From assembly GCA_035221665.1 (NCBI GenBank), contig CM069134.1, forward strand, positions 90,892,001 to 90,956,000: a stretch of DNA of 64,000 bases. Direction: 5' to 3'. This stretch comes from Okamejei kenojei (taxonomy: Eukaryota). The translations under genes and the position numbers were made by a program. This document shows, one piece after another, positions 24,809 through 37,147 of the stretch; the stretch's first letter is position 1, and each line of letters starts with the position of its first letter. The notes below the pieces were generated by a model. That model saw nothing but the letters and a program-made list of their open reading frames with translations, was not told the DNA's origin and did not search any database.

Positions 24809-25573
24809 GGTGAATGCTCCCAGAAGTGTTACAACATTTTTGTACTGGAGACTATCTGCGTGGCCTGGTTTTCATTCGAGTTCCTGCTGCGGTTTATCCA
24901 AGCACAAAGCAAGTGTGCGTTTCTGCGAACTCCTCTGAATATAATCGACATAATGGCCATTTTGCCTTATTACATCAGTCTGATCATTGATGCTTTTTCT
25001 GTTGAGGGGAAGCCAAGTAGTTCTGGAAGCCTGGATTTGGAGAAGATAGGCCTGATTCTCCGGGTGTTGCGTGCCTTGAGGATTTTGTACGTGATGAGGT
25101 TGGTGCGACATTCTCTGGGGTTACAGACGCTGGGCCTCACAATCCAACGGTGCACAAGGGAATTTGGCCTCCTCCTGCTCTTCCTCTGCGTGGCTATGGC
25201 ACTTTACTCACCCCTGGTCTTTTTAGCTGAGAGGGAGCTGGGTGCCAAGCATGAGTTTGCCAGCATCCCAAGCAGTTACTGGTGGGCAGTGATATCAATG
25301 ACCACGGTGGGTTACGGAGACATGGTCCCTCGCAGTATACCTGGGCAGGTGGTTGCTTTGAGCAGTATCCTGAGTGGCATTCTCCTCATGGCCTTTCCGG
25401 TCACCTCCATCTTTCACACCTTCTCCCGTTCCTACTTGGAGTTGAAAGATCAGCAGCAGCGCATTTCGAACACCAAGGCCCAGTTCAAAGGAGATGCCAA
25501 GTCCCCAAACAGTGACAGCTCTCAGGAAACTGACATCTCCTTCCCAATGAACTATGGTAAAACAGGAGAGTGA
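24809..25573 (+). CDS. KCNG2: Kv6 (KCNG) silent K+ channel subunit, coding exon 2 (S2-S6, pore, C-terminus)
   Basis: Acceptor ctcttcctcttttcccAG at 24808, in frame with exon 1 (EEER|GECSQKC). S4 RVLRALRILYVMR, pore TTVGYGD, S6 AFPVT. The motifs SKCAFLR, CVAMAL, AERELGA and YWWAVISM fit KCNG2 better than KCNG1/4 as I recall them. Stop TGA ends at 25573. Confidence 0.93.
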   Translation, partial: GECSQKCYNIFVLETICVAWFSFEFLLRFIQAQSKCAFLRTPLNIIDIMAILPYYISLIIDAFSVEGKPSSSGSLDLEKIGLILRVLRALRILYVMRLVRHSLGLQTLGLTIQRCTREFGLLLLFLCVAMALYSPLVFLAERELGAKHEFASIPSSYWWAVISMTTVGYGDMVPRSIPGQVVALSSILSGILLMAFPVTSIFHTFSRSYLELKDQQQRISNTKAQFKGDAKSPNSDSSQETDISFPMNYGKTGE

Positions 25574-26414
25574 TACACACAGGAACCTACAGACTGAAGA
25601 GCATTAAATCAGAGACCTTCATCTCCGTCCAGACTGGGAAGCGACCAGCGTCTTCACACAAAGTTGTTGAAACCAATGTTTATCTTATCATATCTATATT
25701 TGGGATTGACTTGTTAACATAGTTATGGCTGATTGCCAACTTAAAAAAACAAGGAAAAGAGAGCAGGCAAACCTCTTACAGTCTATAATGTTTCAAACTG
25801 CATATGTAGTGAGAAAATAATTTGGCATCTTAGTTTTGTACAATGTCAAGTGGAAAATCAAAGGATGCGCAAGTACTTGGCAGTTAAAGTTCCTTGCATA
25901 GACTGAGATTGTGCTGGCACAGTGCATGTTCTGATATTCTACTTAAAATTGGCGCATTCTTTAACTGATTCAGTTAATCAGGAACCTCTACCATCTGACA
26001 TGCTTTCATTTTATTTGGAGGAAGAAGTGAATTTGAATCCATATTAAAATGTTCTTACTAATTATGACTGCCTCTGACTTCTCATCTTGATAAGTTACCA
26101 AAATACTACTATATTGATGATTTGAAATGCTGAGCATTATGAAATAATTTTATTTAAAATTGAATTATCCAGCCTTAGTACTTCCATTCTTTAAACATTG
26201 CACAACATTCCATTTAGGTCAGTTGTTATGATTTGAGAAAATATTATGCTTTGAGAAAATATCTTGCAACATTAAGTGAAAGCTGGCAGTCAGGTACTGG
26301 ATGATGCAACAAAATAGTATGTGCTGTGAGAATCGAGCAGTATTATCAATGTGGTGAATTCATGACAATGTGGATCTTCGGATCATTGGTGATTGGAACA
26401 CCAGGAACTGTTTT

Positions 26415-26620
26415 GGTTTTAGTTTAGTTTATTGTCACGTGTAACGAGGTACAGTGAAAAGCTTTTTTGTTGCGTGTTGTCCAGTCAGTGATTAATGCAG
26501 AATAAAGTACAGTAGTCCAATTAAAGATAGTCCAAAGGTCTCCAATGAAGTCCAAGGGTCTCCACTGAGACCCAATTAACACGGGAGAGTAGGCTATTAT
26601 GTCCTTTGAATGGTTGCACT
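26415..26620 (-). mobile_element. Rex1-like LINE 3' tail fragment
   Basis: ttagtttagtttattgtcacgtgta..gaggtacagtgaaa; a related copy lies on the + strand at 59255-59355. Confidence 0.55.
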
Positions 26621-29600
26621 GTTCAGTTGCATTAAAGCTGACTCCTTCTGTAATTCCATTTACCCACCTATGTTCAACTCTCATCACTGCTACAATACAA
26701 ATAAATACAAATGGATCAATGAGCACCAATGTTGACAAATCTAAAACAAATAGCTTCCCGATTTCACTCCTAAATAACAATCTAATGTTAAATTACACTC
26801 TTATTCCAGAATCATCCATTAGTCAGAATAGTTTTGATATCTATACTCATGAATGCAATTAACATTTCAGACACCACAATTCCATCACCTCTCAATATTC
26901 AAATCTCAAAGGAATAATTGCAAATTTATGCAATGCAATTCTAAGATTCTGTGCTGAAAACTAAACAGCACTCCAGATTGCTGCCTGACTAACTGTATAA
27001 ATGAACTTTTGCTTCCTCAGTTATGTATTTTACCCGTCTTTTAGATAATCAACCTTGTTGATTTACTCTTTATGTTGGTGATGTGAATGTATACGCAACT
27101 TATTCCATTGCTAACCTTTATCTACTTCTCTCTCCGTCACCATCAAGGAGTTATTCGAGTGCCGCATATTGATCTGCATCTGCATAGTGCTGTCCACTTG
27201 CACTCTGGCAAAGTCCCTTCTATAACATATCCTCCAATGAGTACAATTCTGTTAAACACAACTCATATAAAATTAATTTTCCTCATACATTATTAATATA
27301 GATGAAAAGTGAAGACAGCAGTAGAGATTCCTTAAGGTATGTTATTTGTCACATTGTGCCAAACATGGAACAAATCCTTCCTCCAGTTTGATTTATCTTG
27401 CTCCGTCCGCTCTTATTTTTGTTTATGGTACAAATGAATGAGCTGGATCAATATTTTCTTTATTTCCATTATTTTTAACCTTTCCATTCCTGCTTCATGC
27501 AACTGGTTTGCTGAGAGTCCCTGGAAAATATAAGAATCTGACATTATTTTCTAGTTACCTCTGAGATTTAGATTTAAGTGTAGCCCACATAAATAGCTGC
27601 ACGTAAATGGTCTCCTGCAGAATAAAAGGCCCCTGGCTTCTATTTAATAAAAAAGTTTAGTTCAGTTTCAGTCCAGTTTCCCAGTGTCTTTGTTTTCATA
27701 AGCGAAAAGCATTCCTAATTTAGGTAAAAGAAAATCGGTCAGGAATTTATTACATTATTAAAGTTTAACTCAAATAAACTTTGTAGATATTTATGCTTAT
27801 CTAACATTTTGTAGTTCAAATAATAATTTATGCTTTCGCAGTTCGAAAAAGTTGTGATTATTACTGCTCTTAAATGGTGCCAGTTTTCAACAAAGAAGAT
27901 TATACAGAGAACAAAGTCTCTTCTGGCTAGCTTCTAAGCTGGGAACAATTTGAAAGTTAATTGTAAAACTGAATGTGCAGTCTATTGCTCAAAACTAGTT
28001 GTAGTGAAACAATGGTTAGGAACCAATAGGCTCTTTTGATCTTCTATTTTGTGTTGCTGTATTACGATAAATCGTCATATGGCATAGAAATGTCCTTCCA
28101 CTCACTAAATCTGTGCCAGCCATCAAGTACCCATGTACACAAATCTCATGTTAATTTCTGCCTAGATTCTGCCACTTCTTCTTCTTGCATGTGGCGTTCA
28201 CAGCCTAAGGTTGTAGGTCAACTTGTTCCATTTGATCGTCGGGTTGATTGCATTAGTCGAAACAGGGTGGACCACTTGAAGGTTGCAATCTCCCATCCCT
28301 TTCTGTCACTCACCTACATACTAAGGACAATTTATAGTATGTAATTAACCTACAAACCTGCACATGTTTGAGATGCAGAAGGAAACATGGCATCATATTT
28401 GACATGGTCATTGTGGGCCAAAGGGACTGTTCCTGTGTTGTACTGCCCTACCTTCTATGAAACTGGAACACCTGAATGAAACCCACATGGTCAATGGAAA
28501 ACACAGATATTCCACACACAGAGACAACAGGATTAAACTCAGGTGAACATAGCAATGTGGCAGTTCAACATCGTTCCCTTACCTTCTCCTTTAAAAAAAA
28601 GTGGTAACGAGGGGTGGGGAGAAAGGGGAGGGGGAGCACAGAAGCTACTGCCACTCAGCAACAGTGGGTGAACAGGATTTGGTGCAAGGTGTGAGTTAAA
28701 GTAAACAGAATTTACAGAGCATGGGAGGGTATTACCAAGAAAAAGCTGCAATGTTTGCTATTCATATTGGTGACATGTACCAAGACACAGTGAAATACTT
28801 TGTGTGCTATCTAGGCATTACATACCATACAACATACATACAACAGATAGAGAAACAGTGCATAATACAGCGTTACATGTATGTGACCAGGAGTTGATAC
28901 AACTGCAACTGATTTAAAAATAATGCTCGGTTGTAATAAGTACACATCCTGCACCCTTATGTGGAAAACCAATGAGGGAACACAAGATATTTTAATTAAA
29001 CGGGACACCCAAATCAGCCATGCTCGAACAGAAATGTGACTAAACAGTAAAAAAAAATAAGATACTGGAGCAAAACAATACATCTGGCAGCATCTGAAGA
29101 AGCAAAGGGACTGTTGAAGTTTTGGGTTGAGACTTGGCATCAGGACTGAAAGTGTAAAGGGGTGGTGGAGGAGAGACATGTTGCAGTGGTAGTGAGTCTT
29201 CGGAAGGACGTGATTGAAGAGGAGTAGATATCACAGAGGGGGAGCAGTGAGAGGGCATTTTTTTAAGAACTCCCAAAACAGGAGGAAAGCTTTTCCTTCA
29301 GATTCCAGCATCTGCAGATTCTTGTGCTTACATAAAGTTTTTCCCTCCACAATTTGAACGGTATGAATAGAAGAACTAGCTATTATAATGGTTTGAGTGA
29401 GTTATATTAAAGCCATTTACGGCTCCATTGGACACATTGGGGTCACAAGACCGTGGGTTCAAGTCCAATCCTGGAAACATAAGCACTAATATCTGGGCTG
29501 ACAAGTACTGAGTGTGTGCTGAGCTGCTCAACATGCCATGATCATAATATCATAACATGGCTGAATTATATAAAGACTGAAGAACTAAAATCAGGGTCTC

Positions 29601-29744
29601 AAATCTGAATAATGCAAAGTTTCAAGGCATAAGATGCGAGTTACATGAAGCATAGAAAAGTACAACACAGGAACAGGCCCTCAGCATGCAATGTCTGAAA
29701 TAAACATGATGTAAAGATAAACAAAACTCGCCTTCACACATTCA

Positions 29745-30515
29745 ATAGACAATAGACAATAGGTGCAGGAGTAGGCCATTTGGCCCTTCGAGCCATTCGA
29801 TGTGATCATGGCTGCTCATCCCCAATCAATACCCCGTTCCTGTCTTCCCCCCATATCCCCTAACTGCGCTATTTTTAAGAGCTCTATCTAGCTCTCTCTT
29901 GAATTCGAGGCTGCGTTCTGGAAAAAACCTCTTCTGCACCTTCTCTAAAACCTCCACATCCTTCCTGTAATAGGATGACCAGAACGATTTGCAATACTCC
30001 TAATGCGACCAAGCCAAAACAGCTGCATGATGACTCCCTGACTCTGATACTCAATGTCCAACCAGTGAAGGCGAGCATTCCATCCTCTTTCTTTACCACT
30101 CTATCTACTTGTGTTGCCGCATTCAGGGAGCTGTGGACCTGGACCTCAAAATCCATCTGCACATAATACTGTTAAAGGTCTTGCCATTAACCGTGCAGCA
30201 CTTCACTTGTCCTGCTCCATCTGCCAGTTCTCTGCCACTTTCTGTAGCTGTATGCTTTGACAGCCTTCCTCACTGTTCGCAACTCCAGCAATCTTGGTCA
30301 TGTTTGTCAACTTACTAACCAAACCAACTACATTTACGTCCAACAAACTTCACTAACAACAGAGGTCCACGAACAGATCCCTGCGGAATTCCACTTCTCA
30401 CAGATCTCCAGCCTGAATTTTGTACTTCGACCACAACTCTGTCATCTACAAGAAAGCCAGTTCTGAATCCATACGACCAAGTCATCATGAACCTCATGCA
30501 TCTTAACATCTCGCA
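29745..30515 (-). mobile_element. CR1 LINE fragments
   Basis: caatagacaatag tail; SGIPQGSV and QVDRVVKK remnants. Confidence 0.75.
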
Positions 30516-30577
30516 TGTTACCTATGACAGGTAGGAAAATATTTTATAAGGTACAACAATAAACAATTAATGATTAA

Positions 30578-30815
30578 CTGCACAGTGGTGCAGTAGTAGA
30601 GCTGCTGCCTTACAGCGCTAGAGGTCTGGATTCGATCCAGATAATGGGTGGTGTCTGTATGGAGTATGCATGTTCTTTCTGTGACCACATTGGTTTTCTC
30701 CAGGTGCTCTGGTTTTGTCCCACATTCCAAAACCGTGCAGGTTTGAAGGATAGAACTAGTGTGCGTGGAATCGGTGGGCCGAAGGACCTGCTTAAACACT
30801 GTATCTCTAAACTAA
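30578..30815 (+). mobile_element. tRNA-derived SINE
   Basis: gcacagtggtgcag..ggattcgatcc..gggccgaagga; same family as 13857. Confidence 0.75.
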
Positions 30816-31909
30816 TATAACTCTTTCATAACCCTTCTCGACCTCAGCGCAGCATTTGATACTGTCGACCACACCATCCTAATTGACTGTCTCCGGTACG
30901 GGGTTGGTATTGATGGCACTGCCCAGAGCTGGTTCATCTCCTACCTCAAAGGTAGGAGTTTCTCTACAAACATAGGCAACTCTTTCTCCTCCCCAGCTAG
31001 CCTCTGCTGCGGGGTTCCACAAGGTTCCATCCTAAGCCCCATTCTCTTCTCCCTGTTTATGCTCCCCTTAGGCCAGGTCGTTCAAATGCACGGCATTTCC
31101 TTCCATTGCTATGCAGATGATACACAACTCTATCTCCCCCTGAAGCCTAAACACCGATCAAATCTACTTAACCTTTTCCACTGCCTCGGAGGATATAAAG
31201 TGTTGGATGGCCCAGAACTTCCTCCAACTAAATGAGAGTAAGACTGAGGTCATCCTTCTCGGCCCCTCGGACTCAATCAAAATGATAGCAGGCAGCCTTG
31301 GAAGCCTTACCCCACTACTCAAACCTCACGTCAAAAACCTTGGCATGATATTTGACTCAGCATTGAAATTTGACAAACAAGTCAATGCCGTGATAAAAGC
31401 TAGCTACTTCCAGCATCAGACAGCTAAAATAAAACAATTCCTCCAGTTTGATGACCTCGAAAAGATCATCTACACATTTATCTCCTCCCGCCTCGATTAC
31501 TGCAACTCCCTTTACACTGGCATCAGCCAATCTTCCCTGTCCCGCCTGCAACTGGTCCAAAACGCCGCAGTGAGACTCATGATGGGCACCCGAAAAAAGG
31601 ACCACATCACCCCAATTCTGACCTCTCTCTGTGCAGTTCCGAATAAATGTCAAGATCCTTCTTTATGTCTACAAAGCCCTGAACGGGCTTGGCCCCACCA
31701 ACATCAAAAGTCTGCTTACCCACCACACCACCTCTAGGTCTCTCAGATCGGCCGACTTGGGGTTACTGAACATCCCGCGGTCTAGGCATAAGCTCAGGGC
31801 AACCGCGCCTTTGCGGTTGCAGCTCTTAGACTGTGGAACAGCATCCCTCTTCCCATCAGAACAGCCCCCTCCATCGACTCCTTTAAGTCGAGACTTAAAA
31901 TTCATCTTA

Positions 31910-32520
31910 AAGGGCCTGTCCCACCAGCATGCAACTCCATGCGGTGAGTGCGACCTAACGTGGTCGCTTGAGCCGTACGGCCTCGCGGGGCTGGTCCCAT
32001 TTCGATCGCCGGAGCCGTATAGAGTTGTGCGGAGCTGGTCCCGACATCGCGCGGGGCTCCAAAAAGCTGACCGTGTTCAAAAATTCCGCACGGCAACGGC
32101 CTGTCGGCCTACAGCCGCCTCGACGCATTACGCACCACCTCACGTCGTGCCTCCATGACCCTCTCTATATGTGCCTCCGTGACCCTCTCTCTGTGCCTCC
32201 GTGACCCTCTCTGTGTGCCTCCGTGCCCCTCTCTGTGTGCCTCCGTGACCCTCTCTATATGTGCCTCCGTGTCTCTCTCTCTCTGTGTCCCTCTCTGTCC
32301 TTGCGAACTTACCGTGGACTTCGCTCCAACTTCACGCCACGTTGCGCCACTCACCCGACCTCCGCGCGGCCCCCGCTGCCAGTTTGGTCGCGCTCGCTGC
32401 ATGCAGGCGCATGCTGGTGGGACCGGCCCTGTACGGGGATCACCCGACCTCCGCGCGGCCCCCACTTCCAGTTTGGTCACGCTCACCGCATGGATTCGCA
32501 TGCTGGTGGGACAGGCCCTT
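31910..32520. mobile_element. CTGTCCCAC-type MITE inserted in the L2
   Basis: Perfect TIR aagggcctgtcccaccagcatgc / gcatgctggtgggacaggccctt, with TA on both flanks. Confidence 0.9.
32146..32300 (+). repeat. Degenerate minisatellite of about 20-24 bp inside the MITE
   Basis: gtgcctccgtgaccctctct(at/ct) units. Confidence 0.85.
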
Positions 32521-33498
32521 TACTCTCAAGCCTTTCTTGACGTCCTCTGAGGGAGAGTTATATGTATGTATTTATGTATGTACTTAATCTATGAACCAAT
32601 GTTGTATAACATTAGTACCTCCACCAATGTAAAGCACTTTGGCCAATGAGAGTTGTTTTTTAAATGTGCTATAGAAATAAAAGTGACTTGACGACTTGAC
32701 TTTCATACAGGAGAAGCCTTACAAAGTTGTCAAAAAAACAGAAAGCCTGAAGACTGGAAAAATGTCACAATTCAGCAAAGTTCTACTGAAACATTGATAA
32801 GAGAAAGAAGAAGATAACGTGGCTAGCGACAAACAAATAAATGTAATGAGTATTTTCAGTGAGTCTTCATAGGAGCATGTTAAAAAAATACAGTAATGAC
32901 GAATCTAATGAGTCTAAAAGGCAATAAATTCCCAGGGCCTGATGACTGGCAATTTAATGTTTTGAAAGTGTGGCTGTGGAGCTCGTCGATGTACAGATTG
33001 ACACCTGCTAAACTTCACAGAGTCCAGAAATAATTTGTACAGATTGGACAGTAGTAAACATAACCCGTCTGTTTAAAAATGCAACATGAAGACGGGAAAA
33101 TACAAACTAGACACTCTGGCAGAAAATGCAGGAATCATTATTAATTGATAACTTGAAAAATAATAATTGAATTGGGCAGAGTCAGTATGGATTTAAGAAA
33201 GGAAAATTATTTGATAAATTAGCTGGAATTTGTTTTTGTTACAACCAGCAGAATAGAAAAGGGGAAAACAAATGGTGTGTGGATTTGGACTTTAAGAAGG
33301 GTTTCACTAAGATACCACTCAAAGGATTATAAAGCAAAATTATGGTGCAAATTACATTATTGTGGATATTGTCCTCCCAACATTAAAGTATTGTTAATGG
33401 ATTAAAATAGTGTGGGAATAATTGGATAATGTTCTGTTTGGGGGGTGGTGCGGTATCCTCCAGCTGTTCAAGAACCTTGATTTGGAATAAGTGTAATA

Positions 33499-35086
33499 CA
33501 GTGGCTTGCAAAAGTATTCATACCCCTTGAACTTTTCCACATTTTGTCACGTTACAACCACAAACGTAAATGTATTTTATTGGGATTTTATGTGATATAC
33601 CAAAACAAAGTGGTGCATAATTGTGAAGTGGAAGGAAAATTATACATGGTTTCCAAATTTTATTACAAATAAAAAACTGAAAAGTATGGCGTGCAAAAGT
33701 ATTCAGCCCCCCTGAGTCAATACTTTGTAGAACCACCTTTCGCTGCTTTTGGGGTATGTCTCTACCAGCTTTGCACATCTAGAGACTGACATTTTTGCCC
33801 ATTGTTCTTTGCAAAATAGCTCAAGCTCAGTCAGATTGGATGGAGAGCGTCTGTGAACAGCAATTTTCAAGTCTTGCCAGAGATTCTCAACTGGATTTAG
33901 GTCTGGACTTTGACTGGGCCATTCTAACACATGAATATGCTTTGATCTAAACCATTCCATTGTAGCTCTGGCTGTGTGTTTAGGGTCGTTGTCCTGCTGG
34001 AAGTGAACCTCCGCCCCAGTCTCAAGTCTTTTGCAGACTCTAACAGGTTTTCATCCATGATTGCCCAGTATTTGGCTCCATCCATCTTCCCAAGAACTCT
34101 GACCAGCTTCCCTGTCCCTGCTGAAGAAAAGCATCCCCACAGCATGATGCTGCCACCACCATGTTACACAGTGGGGATGGTGTGTTCAGGGTGATGTGTA
34201 GTGTTCATTTTCTGCCACACATAGCGTTTTGCATTTAGGTCAAAAACTTCCATTTTGGTCTCATCAGAACAGAGCACCTTCCTCCACATGTTTGCTGTGT
34301 CCCACACATGGCTTGTGGCAAACTGCAAACAAGACTTCTCATGGCTTTGTTTCAACAATGGCTTTCTTCTTGCCACTCTTCCATAAAGGCTTGATTTGTG
34401 GAGTGCATGACAAATAGTTGTCCTGTGGACAGATTCTCCCACCTGAGCTGTGGATCTCTGCAGCTTCCCCAGAGTTACCATGCTGCTTGGCTGCTTCTCT
34501 GATCAATGCTCTCCTTGCCCGGCCTGTCAGTTTAGGTGGACGGCCATGTCTTGATAGGTTTGCAGTTGTGTCATACTCTTTCCATTTTCGGATGATGGAT
34601 TGAACAGTGCTCCGTGAGAAGTTCAAAGCTTGGGATATTTTTTTTATAACCCAACCCTGCTTTAAATTTCTCCACAACTTTATCCCTGACCTGTCTGGTG
34701 TGTTCCTTGGGCTTCATGATGCTGTTTGTTCTCTACCAAACCTCTGAGGCCTTCACAGAACAGCTGTATTTATACTGAGATTAGATTACACACAAGTGGA
34801 CTCTATTTACTAATTAGGTGACTTCTGAAGGCAATTGGTTGCATTGGATATTATTTAGGGGCATCAGAGTAAAGGGGGCTGAATACTTTTGCACGCCACA
34901 CTTTTCAGTTTTTTATTTGTAAAAAAATTTGAAAACAATGTATCATTTTCCTTCCACTTCACAATTATGCGCCACTTTGTGTTGGTCTATCACATAAAAT
35001 CCCAATAAAGTACATTAATGTTTGTGGTTTTAACGTGACAAAATGTGGAAAAGTTCAAGGGGTATGAATACTTTTGCAAGCCACTG
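33499..35086 (-). mobile_element. Full-length Tc1/mariner transposon, Passport-like
   Basis: TA flanks; TIRs of about 215 bp starting cagtggcttgcaaaagtattcatacccc, with inner direct repeat gcaaaagtattcagcccc; 1588 bp. Confidence 0.95.
33716..34717 (-). pseudogene. Frameshifted DD34E transposase
   Basis: MKPKEHTRQVRDKVVEKFKAGLG, GRPPKL, SDETK, WGCFS and [15 protein letters not shown] spread over several frames. Confidence 0.92.
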
Positions 35087-35370
35087 TATATCCAAGTTTG
35101 CTCTTAGTGCAAAGGTAGGTGACAATGTAGGGTGCAGGGAGGAGACAGAGGGGCTTGAGGGAATTCAGAGAGGTTACATGAATGGGCAAAGACATCAAAG
35201 CCTTTAGGGATTCATCCATCTCAATGGTCTCCAAGAGCCCAAACCCCTCTTTTTTAAATCTCAAACTGCCCTTGTGTAATGAGTTGAGTGAAACACATAT
35301 CAAGATACCATACATATTTATTAAAGAATAAACATAATAATAAAGAATAAAAAATAAACGTGTTTATTAA

Positions 35371-35494
35371 GAAGGGTTTTGACCCGAAACATTGTCTATT
35401 TCCTTCGCTCCATAGATGCTGCCTCACCCGCTGAGTTTCTCCAGCATTTTTGTCTACCTTTGATTTTCCAGCATCGGCAGTTCCTTCTTAAACA
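35371..35494 (+). mobile_element. Solo Penelope-terminal-derived element in the Gypsy 3' LTR
   Basis: TSD tgtttattaa (35361-35370, 35495-35504); absent from the other LTR. Confidence 0.88.
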
Positions 35495-36982
35495 TGTTTA
35501 TTAAATCTACTTACAGCATCGATCTGCAGGACATTACAGTTCCTAGCAGCTACTCAGACTGAATGGCGTAGGCAAGCTTTTGTTAATATAAAACGGATAT
35601 TAGGTGGAGCAACTACTAACAAGCACAACAATTGGCTAGTAGGAAAGAACCAATCTACATATTTCCTTGTAGAAACAAATGAAAGCATCGGTACATAGGA
35701 ACACGGTGGCTAAGCGTAACATTAATAACGCATATGGGGAAGTTTGTATAGTTACACAAAATCACCGTATCTAATGGGTAGCCTTCTAACCCGTCCGGCG
35801 CGTGTGTGGTACGATTCCGCCTCACCTCCTTTCACCGGAGAAGATACCGGGGCAGGAATGGGGAAGTGACCGGGGACTCGACGGGGCGGGGACAGGTGAG
35901 CTAGGCGCTGAACGCCACGAGGAAGCCGCGGTGGAAACGGTCGCTGATAGCGGAGCAGCAGGACTGACAGTGGGAGGGTATACAAAACGCGAGACATCTC
36001 GATATGGAGTCTCTGGACGCGGTTCCTTCACTGGAAGGATATGTTGGCAGTTGCATCTGTAAATGGCTCTGTCCGCTTCTACCAGATAAGAGCGCGATTC
36101 TTTGGCAGGGCCGTAGATGTGTGCTGTGCACGGAGAAGTGATGCTGCAACTTCTCGATAACCGGCATCAGATGTAATGGTTTGGAGTAAATCGATGTATA
36201 ACCAACCCGAATAAGAGTCAACAAGAACCAGATAGTGTTTCCCATGCCATTCAAATATATCAGTGGCTAAGGTGGACCACGGGAGAGGAGGAACCAGGTG
36301 CGGCAGTAAGGGCTGCTTCTACTGATGTGGCGTCAGGCTTTTGCAGACGGCGCAGACTTCGGTTTTGTTGCATATGTACTTGGTCATACCAGGCCAGTAA
36401 AACATGCTTTGTGCCCGTTGTAGGGTTGCCTCCACGCCGGGGTGGTTCCTGTGGACGGCGTCAAAGTACTTGTCCCGGAGGACAGCTGGGTCAACTGCCT
36501 TGTGGCCCTTAACTATAACCCCGTCCTGTATCACCAGTTCGTCGCGAACCAGGAAGTTTGGGCGGATTGCGAGTGGGGTGTTGTGTTGTTTATCCAGCCA
36601 GCCACGCCGGATGACTGCAGACAGCAATTATAAAGCCTCATCAGCAGCCGTGTGTTCTGCTAGGCTGCTCAAGCAATCAGTAGGAATATACGATACCTTC
36701 ATTACTGAGAACTGGTCCTGTTAAGAGAGTTGTTGTTCGTTGGTTTTCCATGGGGCTCTTGATAGCGTGTTAGCTATGTGCATGTCCTTGCCTTTCTTGT
36801 AGACAATGGTGAAATCATACCGCTGCAGCTGCATCATCATTCGTTTGAGGCTGGGGCAGCGTGAATGGGTTTATTCAAAATAGTGACCAGCGGCTGGTGG
36901 TCAATTTCCATTGTCACAGACTTCCCAAAAATAAAGTCCTTGAACTTTGTGCAGGCGAAAACCAAAGCAAGCAATTCTTTTT

Positions 36983-37147
36983 CGAGGGTACACAAAAGGC
37001 TGGAGAAACTCAGCGGGTGCAGCAGCATCTAAGGAGCGAAGGAGATAGGCGATGTTTCGGGTCGAGACCCTTCTTCAGACTGAAGACTGAGTTTCTCCAG
37101 CCTTTTGTGTACCCTCGATTCTCCAGCATCTGCAGTTCCTTCTTTAA
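36983..37147. mobile_element. Inverted-pair Penelope-terminal-derived element in the Gypsy RNase H region
   Basis: TSD caattcttttt (36972-36982, 37148-37158). Confidence 0.88.

Larger units (their letters stand above)
30830..32701 (+). mobile_element. L2-clade LINE, 5'-truncated
   Basis: LDLSAAFDTVDH, GVPQGSIL, YADDTQLY, FISSRLDYCNSL, LQLVQNAA; tail gtaaagcacttt..aataaaagtgacttgac. Confidence 0.9.

Noticed and set aside
26495-27780. Several AATAAA hexamers as the KCNG2 polyadenylation signal
   Set aside because: There are multiple candidates in AT-rich DNA, one inside a repeat; they cannot be distinguished without transcript data.
31631-32587. Cluster of 100-175 aa ORFs
   Set aside because: They are read-throughs from the L2 remnant into a GC-rich MITE and its minisatellite.
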